In this document: one piece after another, positions 37,291-47,929 of the stretch | Layout: each line of letters starts with the position of its first letter | How positions within the stretch are numbered: position 1 is the first letter of the stretch | DNA from: Chlamydiales bacterium | GTDB taxonomy: Bacteria; Chlamydiota; Chlamydiia; Chlamydiales; SM23-39 | Length of the DNA stretch: 52,154 nt | Direction: 5' to 3' | Assembly (NCBI GenBank): GCA_035480615.1 | Contig: DATIHO010000068.1 | Span: forward strand, 1 to 52,154 | Translations under genes and position numbers: made by a program | Notes under the pieces: generated by a model | What the model was told of the DNA's origin: nothing | The model's database searches: none | The model's input: the letters and a program-made list of their open reading frames with translations, nothing else

Positions 37291-38661
37291 TTATCTACCT
37301 TTCAGCCGACCTTTCGTCATAAAACCGTCGTATCTTTTCATAAGTAGATGAGATTCAATTTGTTTCGTTGTATCTAAAATCACCCCTACAAGAATTAATA
37401 GAGAAGTCCCCCCAAAAAATTGGCTGATATTGGCATCTACTCCCATAAAATGTCCCACGATTGTAGGCAAAATTGCAATCGCTGCTAAAAATATAGCGCC
37501 AACCAAGGTAATGCGACTCATGGTTTGTTCAAGAAAATCTTGAGTTGGCCTGCCTTGCCTAATTCCCGGAATAAACGCTCCATTCTTTTTCATGTCAGAT
37601 GCAATTTGATCCGGTTTGAACTGCGTTGCCGTCCAAAAATAAGTGAAGGCTAGAATGAGAGAGACGTAAAGGCACATATAGACCCACGATCCAGGCGAAA
37701 GGTAATTCGACAGCTGACCCATCCAGGTTTTCTTGCCGATGAATTGGCCAAGGGTTGCAAGAAACATCAAAAAAGCGGAAGCGAAAATTACAGGTATGAC
37801 CCCTGCATAATTAACTTTCAAAGGAATATGAGAGTTCCCCCCCTGCACTTCATGCCTGCCCACGATCCTTCTCGCATATTGCAGAGGAATCTTCCTTTGT
37901 CCCTGAATCACCAAAATCGTTCCAATGGTGATGAGCACAAAAAGAGCGCATAAAACAACGAGAGTGGTAAATGTCAATTGGCCCGACTGTTGCGATTCTA
38001 AATTCAGTTGTTGAATAATCGATCCAATCATGCTTGGAAGGGATGAGAGAATTCCCAATGCAATAATAAGGCTAATGCCATTTCCAACTCCTTTTTCTGT
38101 GATTTGTTCGCCAATCCACATCAAAAACAGCGTTCCCGAAGTCATCGTAACCATGACCGTGAGATAAAAAAGCCAAGGCATTCCCAAGATTTGCAAATCA
38201 AAAAGTTCCGGAACGATAATTCCTGGTGTAGAAAGATTGATTCCAACGGCAAATTTTGCAAAAAGGCTGGATTGAAAAGTGGCTAAAACCAAGGTTGCCA
38301 AACGGGTCCATTTGGAAAGTTTTCTTCGCCCCTGGTCAGGACTTTCACGAATTTCTCTTTGCAAAGAAGGGATCAATGCAATCAGAAGCTGCATGATAAT
38401 AGACGCCGAGATATAAGGAACAACCCCAAGAGCCAGGATCGTCATTTTTGCAAATGCTCCTCCTGAAAAAATATCAAATAATTGAAATAGATTCTGCCCT
38501 CCGCCTGACGCGAATTTAAACAAATTAATAGCTACATCGCCATTAATCCCTGGAACTGGAATATAAGCTCCTATTCTACATACAGCTAATAGAATGCACG
38601 TAGTAAAAATTTTAACCCTTAACTCTGGAATGGAAAAAATTCGACGGATGGCATCAACCAT
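37291..38661 (-). CDS. secY: Preprotein translocase SecY
   Basis: [37 protein letters not shown]. Confidence 0.98.
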   Translation of the reverse strand: MVDAIRRIFSIPELRVKIFTTCILLAVCRIGAYIPVPGINGDVAINLFKFASGGGQNLFQLFDIFSGGAFAKMTILALGVVPYISASIIMQLLIALIPSLQREIRESPDQGRRKLSKWTRLATLVLATFQSSLFAKFAVGINLSTPGIIVPELFDLQILGMPWLFYLTVMVTMTSGTLFLMWIGEQITEKGVGNGISLIIALGILSSLPSMIGSIIQQLNLESQQSGQLTFTTLVVLCALFVLITIGTILVIQGQRKIPLQYARRIVGRHEVQGGNSHIPLKVNYAGVIPVIFASAFLMFLATLGQFIGKKTWMGQLSNYLSPGSWVYMCLYVSLILAFTYFWTATQFKPDQIASDMKKNGAFIPGIRQGRPTQDFLEQTMSRITLVGAIFLAAIAILPTIVGHFMGVDANISQFFGGTSLLILVGVILDTTKQIESHLLMKRYDGFMTKGRLKGR

Positions 38662-38670
38662 ATCTATTCT

Positions 38671-39126
38671 CTATTTTAAAATCGTAAAAACGATTCCCTG
38701 ATCTTGAATTTTCTTTAAGGCGCTCTCAGATATTGCACGAGTTTCAATTTTGACTTTTTTCATCAAATTCCCATTCGCTAAAATTTTGATTCCGCCGGGA
38801 AGGCGTCTAGGAATCAATCCCTTGGCACGAAGAGTGGCCAGATTCACCGTCTCGCCATCTTGATAATAGGTGTCAATCGTTGATAAACTGATTGCCTGAG
38901 ATGGCTTTACAAATCTTCCGCGAGTAAATCCCCTAACCGGAAGCTTTCGATACAAAGGAACTTGCCCCCCTTCATATCCGAATCGTTTTCGATATCCCTG
39001 ACGCGCGCTGTCTCCTTTGCCGCCGCGACCGGAAGTATCTCCCCTACCAGAACCAATACCTCTTCCTATTCGCTGCACTTTTTTTCGAGGGCGAGACGTA
39101 TCTTTCAATTGAAATAAATTAATCAT
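38671..39126 (-). CDS. rplO: 50S ribosomal protein L15
   Basis: GRGIGSG, EGGQVPLYRKLP. Confidence 0.98.
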   Translation of the reverse strand: MINLFQLKDTSRPRKKVQRIGRGIGSGRGDTSGRGGKGDSARQGYRKRFGYEGGQVPLYRKLPVRGFTRGRFVKPSQAISLSTIDTYYQDGETVNLATLRAKGLIPRRLPGGIKILANGNLMKKVKIETRAISESALKKIQDQGIVFTILK

Positions 39127-39628
39127 GAGATCTCCTCTCCCGCTGCTCTAGATACTTGCTGCGATTGCGAAGTTGCCGAAGTGCTTTGAATGTTGCTTTT
39201 ACTAAATTCAATGGATTATTGGAACCAAGGCTTTTCGCAATGACGTCTTTTACTCCTCCGAGCTCGAGAACAGACCGCACCTTTGAACCTGCCACAATTC
39301 CTGTTCCGGCCCCTGCGGGTTTCAGCAAGACAACCGCTCCATCCCATTCCATGCAAACATCATGCGGGATTGTGGTATTTTCCATCTCAATAGTATAAAT
39401 ATTTTTCCGCGCAGATTCGGATCCCTTTCGAATTGCATCAGATACTTCATTTGCTTTCGCATAACCATAGCCCACATGTCCTTGGCCATCGCCGACCAGA
39501 ATCAAAGCGGAAAAACTAAACTTTCTTCCCCCTTTGACAACTTTTGCGCAACGATTGATATATAGAACTTTTTCCTCGAATTCAGTGCCAAAGGCTTCCT
39601 GGCGTTTTTTCTCAAGGTTTTTTGCCAT
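39119..39628 (-). CDS. rpsE: 30S ribosomal protein S5
   Basis: KVVKGGRKFSF, AKSLGSNNP. Confidence 0.98.
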   Translation of the reverse strand: MAKNLEKKRQEAFGTEFEEKVLYINRCAKVVKGGRKFSFSALILVGDGQGHVGYGYAKANEVSDAIRKGSESARKNIYTIEMENTTIPHDVCMEWDGAVVLLKPAGAGTGIVAGSKVRSVLELGGVKDVIAKSLGSNNPLNLVKATFKALRQLRNRSKYLEQRERRSHD

Positions 39629-39637
39629 TTTTATTCC

Positions 39638-39997
39638 TTAGAATTGTAACCCTGCTTCACGGGCGCTTGTTGCCAGTTCAGCTACGATACCATGATATTT
39701 GTAACGACCTCGATCGAATAGAACCGCACTGATACCAAATGATTTGGCAAGTTCCGCGATCTGTTTTCCAACATTGCGGGCAGATTCCTTGGATTTACGC
39801 CCTTTCTGTCCTTTGGATTGTGTGCCTATTCCTCCCAATGTTACACCTTTATCATCATTGATCAATTGAGCATATAGATGCATATTGGTTTTTGATACTG
39901 AAAGCCTGGGTCTCTCCGCTGTACCACGAAGAGCATTTCGGACTCTTTGTACCCGCTTTGCTCGTGCATTTGCACGTCTAATTTTTGAATTATCCAT
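39638..39997 (-). CDS. rplR: 50S ribosomal protein L18
   Basis: RPRLSV, FDRGRYKYHG, REAGLQF. Confidence 0.98.
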   Translation of the reverse strand: MDNSKIRRANARAKRVQRVRNALRGTAERPRLSVSKTNMHLYAQLINDDKGVTLGGIGTQSKGQKGRKSKESARNVGKQIAELAKSFGISAVLFDRGRYKYHGIVAELATSAREAGLQF

Positions 39998-40004
39998 AAA
40001 TCAC

Positions 40005-40559
40005 TTAAGGTGCTGATTTTCCTTTAGCCGCTTTTCCTGCTTTTTTGCGGACGTATTCATTTTCATAACGTATCCCTTTTCCTTTGTACGGCTCGGGCGG
40101 TTTCATACTGCGGACAGTTGCTGCAAATTGTCCAATTTCTCTCTTATCATTCCCTTTTATAATGACAAGAGTACCTTTCTCAATTGTGACTTGAATAGAT
40201 TTCGGTATTTTTATCGTTGTAGGATGAGAATTGCCGATGCTTAGATCAAGCACATCGCCTTGCGCATTGGCTCGATATCCTACGCCAATCATTACCAGGC
40301 GAATTTCAAAACCTGCGTGAACACCTTGGATATGGTTCTTTAACAACGAACGAAACAGTCCATGCAAAGCACTATTAGGCATTATCGCTTCGTCTCGCTC
40401 AACGAGAACAGTTTGTCCATCAATTTTTATACTTAAACCCAAAGGCAGCTGCAAGGTCAGCACTCCTCTTGGTCCATGCACATTTACAGTTTGATCCTTG
40501 CTCGATTTGACTTCTACGCCTTTTGGCACTACTATCGCTGACTTTCCAAGCCTTGACAT
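40005..40559 (-). CDS. rplF: 50S ribosomal protein L6
   Basis: MSRLGK, GVGYRA, PEPYKGKGIRY. Confidence 0.98.
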   Translation of the reverse strand: MSRLGKSAIVVPKGVEVKSSKDQTVNVHGPRGVLTLQLPLGLSIKIDGQTVLVERDEAIMPNSALHGLFRSLLKNHIQGVHAGFEIRLVMIGVGYRANAQGDVLDLSIGNSHPTTIKIPKSIQVTIEKGTLVIIKGNDKREIGQFAATVRSMKPPEPYKGKGIRYENEYVRKKAGKAAKGKSAP

Positions 40560-40571
40560 ATCCCTATCCTT

Positions 40572-40964
40572 TTACCATACCGTACAGAGAAGTTCGCCAC
40601 CCACTTTGAGATTGCGGGCTGTTTCGCCATCCATAATTCCTTTGGAAGTCGAAATAATACATACTCCCATGCCGTTAAAAACACGTGGGATGGCCTTGTA
40701 GCCTACATACCGTCGAATTCCTGATGTCGAAATTCTTTTCAGATCATGAATCACAGAAAAGCGATCTTTTGTGTAACGTAAAAAAACTCGAACTTTGAAC
40801 TGATCTTCATTGACTAGAAAATTCTCTATAAATCCATGATTTCTCAGCAAGTCTAAAATTTTTACTTTGTTTTTGCTAAAACTGAGATCAACATATCTAT
40901 GTTTTGCAGTTTTTGCGTTGCGAATCTTAGTTAAAAGCTCAGCAATAGGGTCGTTGAATGACAT
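40572..40964 (-). CDS. rpsH: 30S ribosomal protein S8
   Basis: DPIAELLTKIRN, STSKGI, GGELLC. Confidence 0.98.
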   Translation of the reverse strand: MSFNDPIAELLTKIRNAKTAKHRYVDLSFSKNKVKILDLLRNHGFIENFLVNEDQFKVRVFLRYTKDRFSVIHDLKRISTSGIRRYVGYKAIPRVFNGMGVCIISTSKGIMDGETARNLKVGGELLCTVW

Positions 40965-40978
40965 AATTTATTTCTCTC

Positions 40979-41512
40979 CTACTTAAACGGAAACCCAAGC
41001 AAAGTGAGCAATTCGACGCACTCCTCATCATGACTGGCTGATGTCACAATAGTTACGTTCATACCTTGCGTCCTTTTCACTTTATCCAAATTGATTTCAG
41101 GAAAAATTTGTTGATCAACCAGTCCAAAGTTGAAATTGCCTCTTCCATCGCATTTTTTGCTAAATCCACGAAAATCTCGAATCCTGGGAGCCACAATATT
41201 GCAAAAGCGATCCAGAAAATCATACATCCGCTTTCCCCTCATTGTTACCATAAGACCGACCGGCTGATCTTCTCGCAGCTTAAAATTCGATATCGCTTTT
41301 TTCGCTCGCGTAACTATTGGTTTTTGCCCAGATAACATGGTAAGCTCTTCACTATGCTCTTGTAGGGCGTTCTTATCTTTCAACGCCTCGCCTAGCCCCA
41401 TGCTAATGATAATTTTTTTCAGCGACGGAAATGACATCACATTTCTTTGCGGATGCCGACTTTTTAATTGTGGAAGAATTTCTTCCTGAAATTTTTTATA
41501 CAATCTTGACAT
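40979..41512 (-). CDS. rplE: 50S ribosomal protein L5
   Basis: [29 protein letters not shown]. Confidence 0.98.
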   Translation of the reverse strand: MSRLYKKFQEEILPQLKSRHPQRNVMSFPSLKKIIISMGLGEALKDKNALQEHSEELTMLSGQKPIVTRAKKAISNFKLREDQPVGLMVTMRGKRMYDFLDRFCNIVAPRIRDFRGFSKKCDGRGNFNFGLVDQQIFPEINLDKVKRTQGMNVTIVTSASHDEECVELLTLLGFPFK

Positions 41513-41519
41513 GGTTTCC

Positions 41520-41864
41520 CTATCTCTTATGTGGATTTTTCACATCGCGATATATCAATTCCTGATTCTCTGCTTGATAAACGAGTTCACGGTGTCCGCT
41601 TTTTTTATCCTGCCGAATTTTAAGCTTCAAAATAGCGCCTTCCTGATCGCAGAGGGCAACATTCGAGACATGAATGGGCATTTCCATTTCCACAATCCGC
41701 GCACCCTGGCTTTGCTCGGTTCTTTTCAAATGTTTTTTACGAATATTGACTCCCTGGACAAGAACGCGATCATCGGAGCGTCCCAACACTTCACCTGTCA
41801 TTCCCTTATCGTTTCCAGCAAGAACTTTTACCTTGTCCCCTTTTCGAATTCGTTTATTCATCAT
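41520..41864 (-). CDS. rplX: 50S ribosomal protein L24
   Basis: [21 protein letters not shown]. Confidence 0.97.
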   Translation of the reverse strand: MMNKRIRKGDKVKVLAGNDKGMTGEVLGRSDDRVLVQGVNIRKKHLKRTEQSQGARIVEMEMPIHVSNVALCDQEGAILKLKIRQDKKSGHRELVYQAENQELIYRDVKNPHKR

Positions 41865-42232
41865 TAAATTACCTCTGGTGCTAAAGAACTGATCTTGATG
41901 AACCCTTCATCTCTAACTTCTCGCGCAATAGGTCCAAAAATACGAGTGCCGCGAGGATTATTTTTATCATCAATAATGACGCAGCTATTGTCATAAAACT
42001 TCAAAAACGAACCATCGGATCTTCGAATACATCCTTTTGTTCTAACAATGACTGCTTTTACAACTTCGCCTTTTTTTACTGCTCCTTTAGGGTCCGCTTC
42101 CTGAATGGAACACACAATAATATCTCCAACATATGCATATCGTCTGCGGGAACCTCCTAAAACCTTAAAGCATTTTACTTTTTTAGCTCCAGAGTTGTCG
42201 GCCACTTCCAAGTCAGTTTCTTGCTGAATCAT
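41864..42232 (-). CDS. rplN: 50S ribosomal protein L14
   Basis: [21 protein letters not shown]. Confidence 0.98.
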   Translation of the reverse strand: MIQQETDLEVADNSGAKKVKCFKVLGGSRRRYAYVGDIIVCSIQEADPKGAVKKGEVVKAVIVRTKGCIRRSDGSFLKFYDNSCVIIDDKNNPRGTRIFGPIAREVRDEGFIKISSLAPEVI

Positions 42233-42241
42233 ATTTCATTC

Positions 42242-42499
42242 CTATATTGTCTCTACAACGCGCCATCTCTTCAATTTAGAAAGGGGCCGCGTTTCTGCAA
42301 TGCGAACCTTCTGGCCGATTTCAAGAGCATCCGTTTCGTCATGTGCAAAATATTTTTTTGTGCGCACAAACACTTTTTGATAACGGGGATGGCGCATTTT
42401 GATACTCACTTCAACCGCAACTGTTTTATCCATTTTATTAGATACAACAATGCCTACATTTTCCTTTCGTTTCCCTCGAAGCTTTTTATTGATTGCCAT
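42242..42499 (-). CDS. rpsQ: 30S ribosomal protein S17
   Basis: [20 protein letters not shown]. Confidence 0.98.
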   Translation of the reverse strand: MAINKKLRGKRKENVGIVVSNKMDKTVAVEVSIKMRHPRYQKVFVRTKKYFAHDETDALEIGQKVRIAETRPLSKLKRWRVVETI

Positions 42500-42501
42500 T
42501 T

Positions 42502-42729
42502 TTAGGCCTCCTTTGCATTTTCTTGAGACCGCTGTTTCAGGGTCAACAAAGTTAACACTCTGGCTTTTTCTTTTCTCATGTGCTTCAAACGATGAGGTTG
42601 TTCAATCTTCCGATTCCATGCCAGCTCGTTTCTGAGCGCAAACATATCTTGGTCCAATTTGATAACTGCTTCTTGCAATGATTGAATGGAACTTTCCTTC
42701 AACTCACTTTTGTTCTTATTTTTTGCCAT
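42502..42729 (-). CDS. rpmC: 50S ribosomal protein L29
   Basis: Position between rplP and rps[10 protein letters not shown]; alternative start at 42735. Confidence 0.92.
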   Translation of the reverse strand: MAKNKNKSELKESSIQSLQEAVIKLDQDMFALRNELAWNRKIEQPHRLKHMRKEKARVLTLLTLKQRSQENAKEA

Positions 42730-42731
42730 CC

Positions 42732-43151
42732 TCATACCTTTTCAATTCGATCCACAAATTTTGTTCGTATGGGAAGCTTTGCCGCTGCCAACCTAAGCGC
42801 ATTTTGCGCTTCTTCCCGAGTCACACCACCCACTTCAAATAATACTCTGCCCGGGCGAACAGGAGCTACATAGTGATCGGGCGTCCCCTTTCCTTTTCCC
42901 ATTCGAGTTTCAGCCGGTTTTTTAGAAACAGGCTTATCAGGAAAAATACGAATCCAAACCTGTCCTTTACGGCTAAATGTACGACTGATCGTAACTCGGC
43001 ATGCCTCGATTTGTTGAGCTGTAATCCAACATCTATCTAATGCCTGCATTCCAAATTCACCAAATTCAACAAAATTTCCCGCTTTGGAAAGACCTGTCAT
43101 CTGCCCTTTTTGTTGTTTTCGAAATTTTGTTTTTTTGGGACTCAATGCCAT
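42732..43151 (-). CDS. rplP: 50S ribosomal protein L16
   Basis: QIEACR, RMGKGKG, KLPI. Confidence 0.98.
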   Translation of the reverse strand: MALSPKKTKFRKQQKGQMTGLSKAGNFVEFGEFGMQALDRCWITAQQIEACRVTISRTFSRKGQVWIRIFPDKPVSKKPAETRMGKGKGTPDHYVAPVRPGRVLFEVGGVTREEAQNALRLAAAKLPIRTKFVDRIEKV

Positions 43152-43152
43152 A

Positions 43153-43809
43153 CTATCCTCCTACCGCAGTTTTAATTGGTAAAAGGACATCTTCGCCCCG
43201 ATTGACCCACACTTTTACACCAATAGATCCATAAGTGGTCTCCGCTCGCCCATAAGCAAAATCCACATCAGCGCGCAATGTATGCAACGGAATCCGACCT
43301 TCTTTATACCATTCCACCCGAGCGATTTCCGCACCGCCAATCCTTCCTGAAATTTGAACTTTAATCCCGGCCGCACCCGCATCCATTGAGGTCTGCATCG
43401 TTTTTTTTAAGACACGGCGAAATGGAATTCTTCTTTCCAACTGTTTGGCAATATTGTCCGCGACCAATTTGGCATCCAGATCAGGGCGCTTGATTTCTTC
43501 AATTTCAATCCACACCTCTTTTCCCGTAAGATTTCTCAATTCATTTTTCAGAACATCGATTTCAGCACCTTTTTTACCAATGACCAATCCCGGTCTCGCC
43601 GTAATGATCGTCACCTCGATTTTTCCACTCATCCGCTTGATCTGAAAACGGGAAGCTCCCTGACAGGCGCTTTTTGAAAGCAGGTATTGGCGTATTTTTC
43701 GATCTTCACCGATCAAACCGCCAAATTCCTGCTTATTTGCAAACCAATTTGATAACCAACGCTTACGGCGTACAAGTCGAAATCCAATCGGTGATACTTT
43801 TTGTCCCAT
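43153..43809 (-). CDS. rpsC: 30S ribosomal protein S3
   Basis: [32 protein letters not shown]. Confidence 0.98.
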   Translation of the reverse strand: MGQKVSPIGFRLVRRKRWLSNWFANKQEFGGLIGEDRKIRQYLLSKSACQGASRFQIKRMSGKIEVTIITARPGLVIGKKGAEIDVLKNELRNLTGKEVWIEIEEIKRPDLDAKLVADNIAKQLERRIPFRRVLKKTMQTSMDAGAAGIKVQISGRIGGAEIARVEWYKEGRIPLHTLRADVDFAYGRAETTYGSIGVKVWVNRGEDVLLPIKTAVGG

Positions 43810-43816
43810 GTCTCCT

Positions 43817-44158
43817 CTAATTCTCTTTGGATACAATGATTGTAAAATGGCTCGTCCTTTTATTCACGGGAACAGACGATCCGCGACTGCGCGCTTTTGC
43901 ACGTCTCAAAATCGGACCCGGATCAACGCGCACTTCAAAAATTTTCAATTCTCCTCTGCGCGCATCCAACTGCGTTTCCGCATTCGCTACTGCGCTATCA
44001 AGCGTCTTTTTTAAGAGACGCCCTCCTCTTAATGAAGAATACTCGAGCTGGAGCGAGGCTTTTTCAACGCTCAATCCCCGGATTAAATCAGCAGCATACC
44101 TCGCCTTTCTGGGAGAGATCCGCACGTATTTTGTCACTGCCTTTGCCATTTGCCTCAT
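43817..44158 (-). CDS. rplV: 50S ribosomal protein L22
   Basis: RISPRKAR, SAVANAE, KRTSH. Confidence 0.98.
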   Translation of the reverse strand: MRQMAKAVTKYVRISPRKARYAADLIRGLSVEKASLQLEYSSLRGGRLLKKTLDSAVANAETQLDARRGELKIFEVRVDPGPILRRAKARSRGSSVPVNKRTSHFTIIVSKEN

Positions 44159-44170
44159 TCTGCCCTCTGC

Positions 44171-44461
44171 CTATGATTGAGAAGCTGCAGAAGCTGCAGC
44201 TGTTTTTTTCGGATGCCCTTTAAATTGCCGCGTCGGAGAAAACTCACCCAGCCGATGACCTACCATGTTTTCTGAAACGTATACGGTAATAAATTTCTTT
44301 CCGTTGTGGACATCAAATGTCTGTCCCACCATATCCGGTAAAATCATTGACCGGCGAGACCATGTTTTAATAACTTTTTTTGCCCCTTCTTTTTGGTTTT
44401 TTAAAACCTTCACCATCAAGTGGTGATCAACGAAAGGGCCTTTTTTCAGCGATCTTCCCAT
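44171..44461 (-). CDS. rpsS: 30S ribosomal protein S19
   Basis: [25 protein letters not shown]. Confidence 0.98.
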   Translation of the reverse strand: MGRSLKKGPFVDHHLMVKVLKNQKEGAKKVIKTWSRRSMILPDMVGQTFDVHNGKKFITVYVSENMVGHRLGEFSPTRQFKGHPKKTAAASAASQS

Positions 44462-44465
44462 ATTT

Positions 44466-45287
44466 CTATCTTCGCTCCTTTACAATCCATTTTCGCGATT
44501 TTTTTGGCGAACGAGTCCTATATCCTTTTGCGAATTGACCCCATGGGGATTGAGGATGATTTCCTTTGCCGCGCCCTTCTCCGCCACCATGCGGATGATC
44601 TACAGGATTCATATGAACGCCTCGTACTGTCGGACGAATTCCCATCCAGCGAGAGCGACCTGCTTTGCCAAGAACACGCAAATTATGTTCCGAATTAGAG
44701 ACCGCGCCGAACGTTGCACGGCAATTTTCATGAATTAATCTCACTTCCCCGGATGGCATCCGAACCGTTGCATAACCATTGCTGCGTGCTACTAATTGGG
44801 CTGAAAGACCGGCGGATCGAACAAACTTCGCGCCCCTTCCCGGATACAACTCCACATTATGGATAACCGAACCGATGGGCATGAATTTTAACTTCATACA
44901 CGATCCGATTTGAAATGGAGGCTCGTCGCTTGTGGATATTATGTCTCCCACTTTAATCCCTTGCGGGGCTATAATATAGCGTTTTTCACCATCCCGGTAA
45001 TAAAGAAGCGCGATCAACGCGGAGCGATTCGGATCATATTCTATGGAAGCTACTTTAGCAGGGATATTTTCTTTGTCTCGCTTAAAATCAATGATGCGAA
45101 ACATTTTTTTATGCCCCCCGCCAATATGACGAACCGTTATATGGCCATGATGGTTACGGCCACTATTTCTTCTCTTGGGTTGAAGCAAAGCTTTGGGAAC
45201 CGGCTTATCCGAGGGATTGAGTTCTTGGTGAACCGGAAGAACAAGCTTTCTTTGTCCCGGAGTCCTTGGTCGAAATGTTTTTGGCAT
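44466..45287 (-). CDS. rplB: 50S ribosomal protein L2
   Basis: [21 protein letters not shown]. Confidence 0.98.
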   Translation of the reverse strand: MPKTFRPRTPGQRKLVLPVHQELNPSDKPVPKALLQPKRRNSGRNHHGHITVRHIGGGHKKMFRIIDFKRDKENIPAKVASIEYDPNRSALIALLYYRDGEKRYIIAPQGIKVGDIISTSDEPPFQIGSCMKLKFMPIGSVIHNVELYPGRGAKFVRSAGLSAQLVARSNGYATVRMPSGEVRLIHENCRATFGAVSNSEHNLRVLGKAGRSRWMGIRPTVRGVHMNPVDHPHGGGEGRGKGNHPQSPWGQFAKGYRTRSPKKSRKWIVKERR

Positions 45288-45298
45288 AGTCGTATTCC

Positions 45299-45631
45299 TT
45301 AAACTGTCTCATCAATTGAACACCCTTCTCGAAGGGTAACGATTGCTTTTCTCTGCCCCGCGGTTTTACCAAGAAATCCTCTGACGCGACGGGGTTTAGG
45401 ATGAATGTTGACGGTATTGACCGCGATTACTTTTATCTTTTTATCGGCATAAATCTGCTCGACAGCCCATGCAATCTGAGTTTTATTCGCCTTTGGATGC
45501 ACATTGAACACCACCTTTGGCGACGTACATTTTTTCAAGGACCGATTGCTATCTGCGCGGTGCAAATTTTCAAGAACTCGACTTTTCTCCGTAATGCGAC
45601 GAGACTTGATAATATCATAGGGATTCTTCAT
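45299..45631 (-). CDS. rplW: 50S ribosomal protein L23
   Basis: ITEKS, ANKTQI, KAIVTL. Confidence 0.97.
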   Translation of the reverse strand: MKNPYDIIKSRRITEKSRVLENLHRADSNRSLKKCTSPKVVFNVHPKANKTQIAWAVEQIYADKKIKVIAVNTVNIHPKPRRVRGFLGKTAGQRKAIVTLREGCSIDETV

Positions 45632-46305
45632 TGGACACCTCCCAAAATAGCGAGGAACCGTTCCAACGCCGAGTCTAAAATTATAAGATGTTGGCTTCGA
45701 GCAAGAATATATCCATTGATCTGGGAAACAGACGCGTATTCTTTTTTTGGAATATTACGAAGGCTCTTTACCAAATTGATATGGCTTTGTACAGCCATAT
45801 CTCTGTCAGGTTCCGCGGATCTCGAAGACTCTCCCAACACTACAATTCTTTGAAGGCCGATCTCGATTTTATTAAAAAACGCAATGAATTTTTTGGTTTT
45901 GGGCGTATCCAATATTTCTGGCTCAAGCACATGAATACGCCCATTTTTCATTTTATCAGCAATGAGCGCAGCGATTGCCGAGCGGCGCTCTTTTTTATTA
46001 ATCCGGACGTGGACATCAAATTTTGGGCGAGGACCGAATACAATTCCCCCTCCTTTATATTGAGGAGCTGCCAAATCACCCTGACGAGACCGACCACCCC
46101 CTTTCTGCGCATGAGGCTTTTTACCGGTCCGATTGATTTCTGCGCGTGTTTTCGTACTTGCTGACCATTGGCGCGCATTATTTCGAATCGCGACAAGATA
46201 ATCTTTAACAGATTGAGGATGGGCCTTGACCTCTAGAAGAGCATCGCTTACCTCGATCATCCCAGTCTCTTTGCCAGTAAGATCGTATTTTTTCAGTGTC
46301 GCCAT
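45628..46305 (-). CDS. rplD: 50S ribosomal protein L4
   Basis: TKTRAE, KPHAQKG.GR.RQG, GGGIVFGP; start at 46305 (the ORF-track extension overlaps rplC). Confidence 0.97.
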   Translation of the reverse strand: MATLKKYDLTGKETGMIEVSDALLEVKAHPQSVKDYLVAIRNNARQWSASTKTRAEINRTGKKPHAQKGGGRSRQGDLAAPQYKGGGIVFGPRPKFDVHVRINKKERRSAIAALIADKMKNGRIHVLEPEILDTPKTKKFIAFFNKIEIGLQRIVVLGESSRSAEPDRDMAVQSHINLVKSLRNIPKKEYASVSQINGYILARSQHLIILDSALERFLAILGGVQ

Positions 46306-46309
46306 AAAC

Positions 46310-46957
46310 TTACTTTCCCTTCTTCTTTTTCTTGATCGACGCACGAATGAAAACCGTACCACTGCGAGCCCCGGGAACCGCCCCTTCAACCAAAAGAAGA
46401 TTTCCTTTAATAGCCACAACCCGTAAGTTTTGCACTGTCTGGCGATCCCCCCCCATTCGGGAGGCGCGCTTCCCATTGGGGAAGCAGCGACCGGGAGTCG
46501 ATCGCATCCCCGTCGATCCCATATGCCTATGAAAGCCGGAGCCATGAGCCGCAGGGCCGCCGTCCATATTATAAAGTTTCATGACACCCTGATACCCTTT
46601 TCCTTTGGTCGCTCCCTCGACATCGACGTAAGAAACATTTGAAAAAAGAGTCACATCAATTTTCTGACCTATTTGAAACGCATCTACATCATCGATTCTC
46701 GATTCATGTATTACACGGCATGGCGCCACCTGGGCTTTCGCATACTGCCCTTTTAAGGGTTTAGAGAGCCTTCCGGCCTTCGACGCGGAAAGAGGCTGGC
46801 CTGCGAGCTGCACGCTATTATAGCCATGCGTCTCTTTGCGCTTGATCTGAAGCACCGTATTTTCTTCGGCCAATATGACCGTGCAAACCACCAGTTTCCC
46901 TTTTTGATCGAAGACCTGAGCCATTCCTTTTTTTTGGCCTATCAATGTCAGCGGCAT
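46310..46957 (-). CDS. rplC: 50S ribosomal protein L3
   Basis: KKGMAQVF, KGKGYQG, GAVPG. Confidence 0.98.
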   Translation of the reverse strand: MPLTLIGQKKGMAQVFDQKGKLVVCTVILAEENTVLQIKRKETHGYNSVQLAGQPLSASKAGRLSKPLKGQYAKAQVAPCRVIHESRIDDVDAFQIGQKIDVTLFSNVSYVDVEGATKGKGYQGVMKLYNMDGGPAAHGSGFHRHMGSTGMRSTPGRCFPNGKRASRMGGDRQTVQNLRVVAIKGNLLLVEGAVPGARSGTVFIRASIKKKKKGK

Positions 46958-47045
46958 AAGTTTTTCCTATTTCTTTGATACCTTCCCAAGCGTGCTGCAC
47001 GAGAAAACGAAAATATTATCAAATAAGCGTATTTCGCTCAATTTT

Positions 47046-47693
47046 TTAATGTTTCCGCTCATTTTCCGGGTTTACCCGGCGACCGCGCTTAACCCTTGAC
47101 TTGGAAGTCTCGGGTGGCATACGAGAGTGAGGAATCGTTCGTTGGAACGATGAGTTTAATGCTGGCTCAAGATCATATGCAAGATTGGTTTTTTTATCAA
47201 TCTCTTCTTCTTTTTGCTCTGGTATGGTGACAGTTTCTCCGTTTGCCAATTGCCTTCGGCTCTTTAAAAATTGTAAATCGGCATTGTTTGAAAATTCTAT
47301 TTTATGTTTTAGATCGCAAATTCGCGAGCCCACCGGCAATTTCAGCTCCTTACGATGAAGCACTGCCCCCTCCACAAAAACTGAAATTTCTAATAAGGGG
47401 AGAATGGCTATCTCTGTCTCTTTCACAATGGGATTATCCAGCTTCAGAGATTCCAAATCAGCAAATCTCTTGGGACGGCTTTTCTTGATGACATCTCCCA
47501 AGCGAGTTCCAACAGTCGTCGGAAACACGCCAGGATTTACCACCTCTCCCGTAATCTTCACATCGACGATTTTGGCAATACAATTAGATAGATCGATTTT
47601 TTTTCGATGGCTATGAAAAGTCGAAATGGCAGAGAGGGCGAAGAGAAGCAATAAAAAACTGATCGAAAAGATCCATTCAGATTTTTGAATCAT
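47046..47693 (-). CDS. SLBB-domain protein with N-terminal TM
   Basis: VKITGEVVNPGVF and VFVEGAV beta-grasp repeats; the C-terminal ~40 aa look like read-through. Confidence 0.75.
   Translation of the reverse strand: MIQKSEWIFSISFLLLLFALSAISTFHSHRKKIDLSNCIAKIVDVKITGEVVNPGVFPTTVGTRLGDVIKKSRPKRFADLESLKLDNPIVKETEIAILPLLEISVFVEGAVLHRKELKLPVGSRICDLKHKIEFSNNADLQFLKSRRQLANGETVTIPEQKEEEIDKKTNLAYDLEPALNSSFQRTIPHSRMPPETSKSRVKRGRRVNPENERKH
47153..47182 (-). promoter_or_regulatory. Putative sigma66 promoter of the rplC operon
   Basis: TTGCAT-N18-TAAACT about 195 bp upstream of rplC, followed by a structured GC-rich leader. Confidence 0.45.
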
Positions 47694-47703
47694 TTTGGGT
47701 ATA
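47678..47703. repeat. Solo TATACCC-type terminus overlapping the start codon at 47693
   Basis: 23/26 identity to the TIR of 29327-29493. Confidence 0.7.
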
Positions 47704-47706
47704 TAA

Positions 47707-47876
47707 GAGACTGTCTACGAACTTCGGTTTCGTCGAATTTTTGGATTATTTTGGCCACTTTTTGGTTCTTTTTGCGGGGGTTGTATCAAACTTCGTATAC
47801 AACCCCCGCAAAAAGAACCAAAAATCGGCCAAAATAATCCCCAAAATCGACGAAGCCTGGGTTTTAAGACAGCTTC
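47707..47876. mobile_element. 170-bp chimeric palindromic element (GAGACTGT left end, GAAGCTGT right end) with TAA duplication
   Basis: TAA at 47704-47706 and 47877-47879; body closely matches 813-982; right end GGGTTTTAAGACAGCTTC. Confidence 0.9.
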
Positions 47877-47878
47877 TA

Positions 47879-47908
47879 ACCTCTTTCATCACGAAAGAGG
47901 TCTTTTAT
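47879..47908. terminator. Hairpin, possible intrinsic terminator
   Basis: ACCTCTTTC-ATCAC-GAAAGAGGT followed by CTTTTATT. Confidence 0.45.
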
Positions 47909-47929
47909 TAGAAGCTGAGCTGTCACATT

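Noticed and set aside
46306..46545. 80-aa N-terminal extension of L4 in the ORF track
   Set aside because: It overlaps rplC in another frame; the conserved protein starts at 46305
34747..46957. Absence of rpsJ, rpsN, rpmD, adk, infA, rpmJ and rpsD from the ribosomal cluster
   Set aside because: This is the normal arrangement in Chlamydiae; useful for taxonomy but not novel
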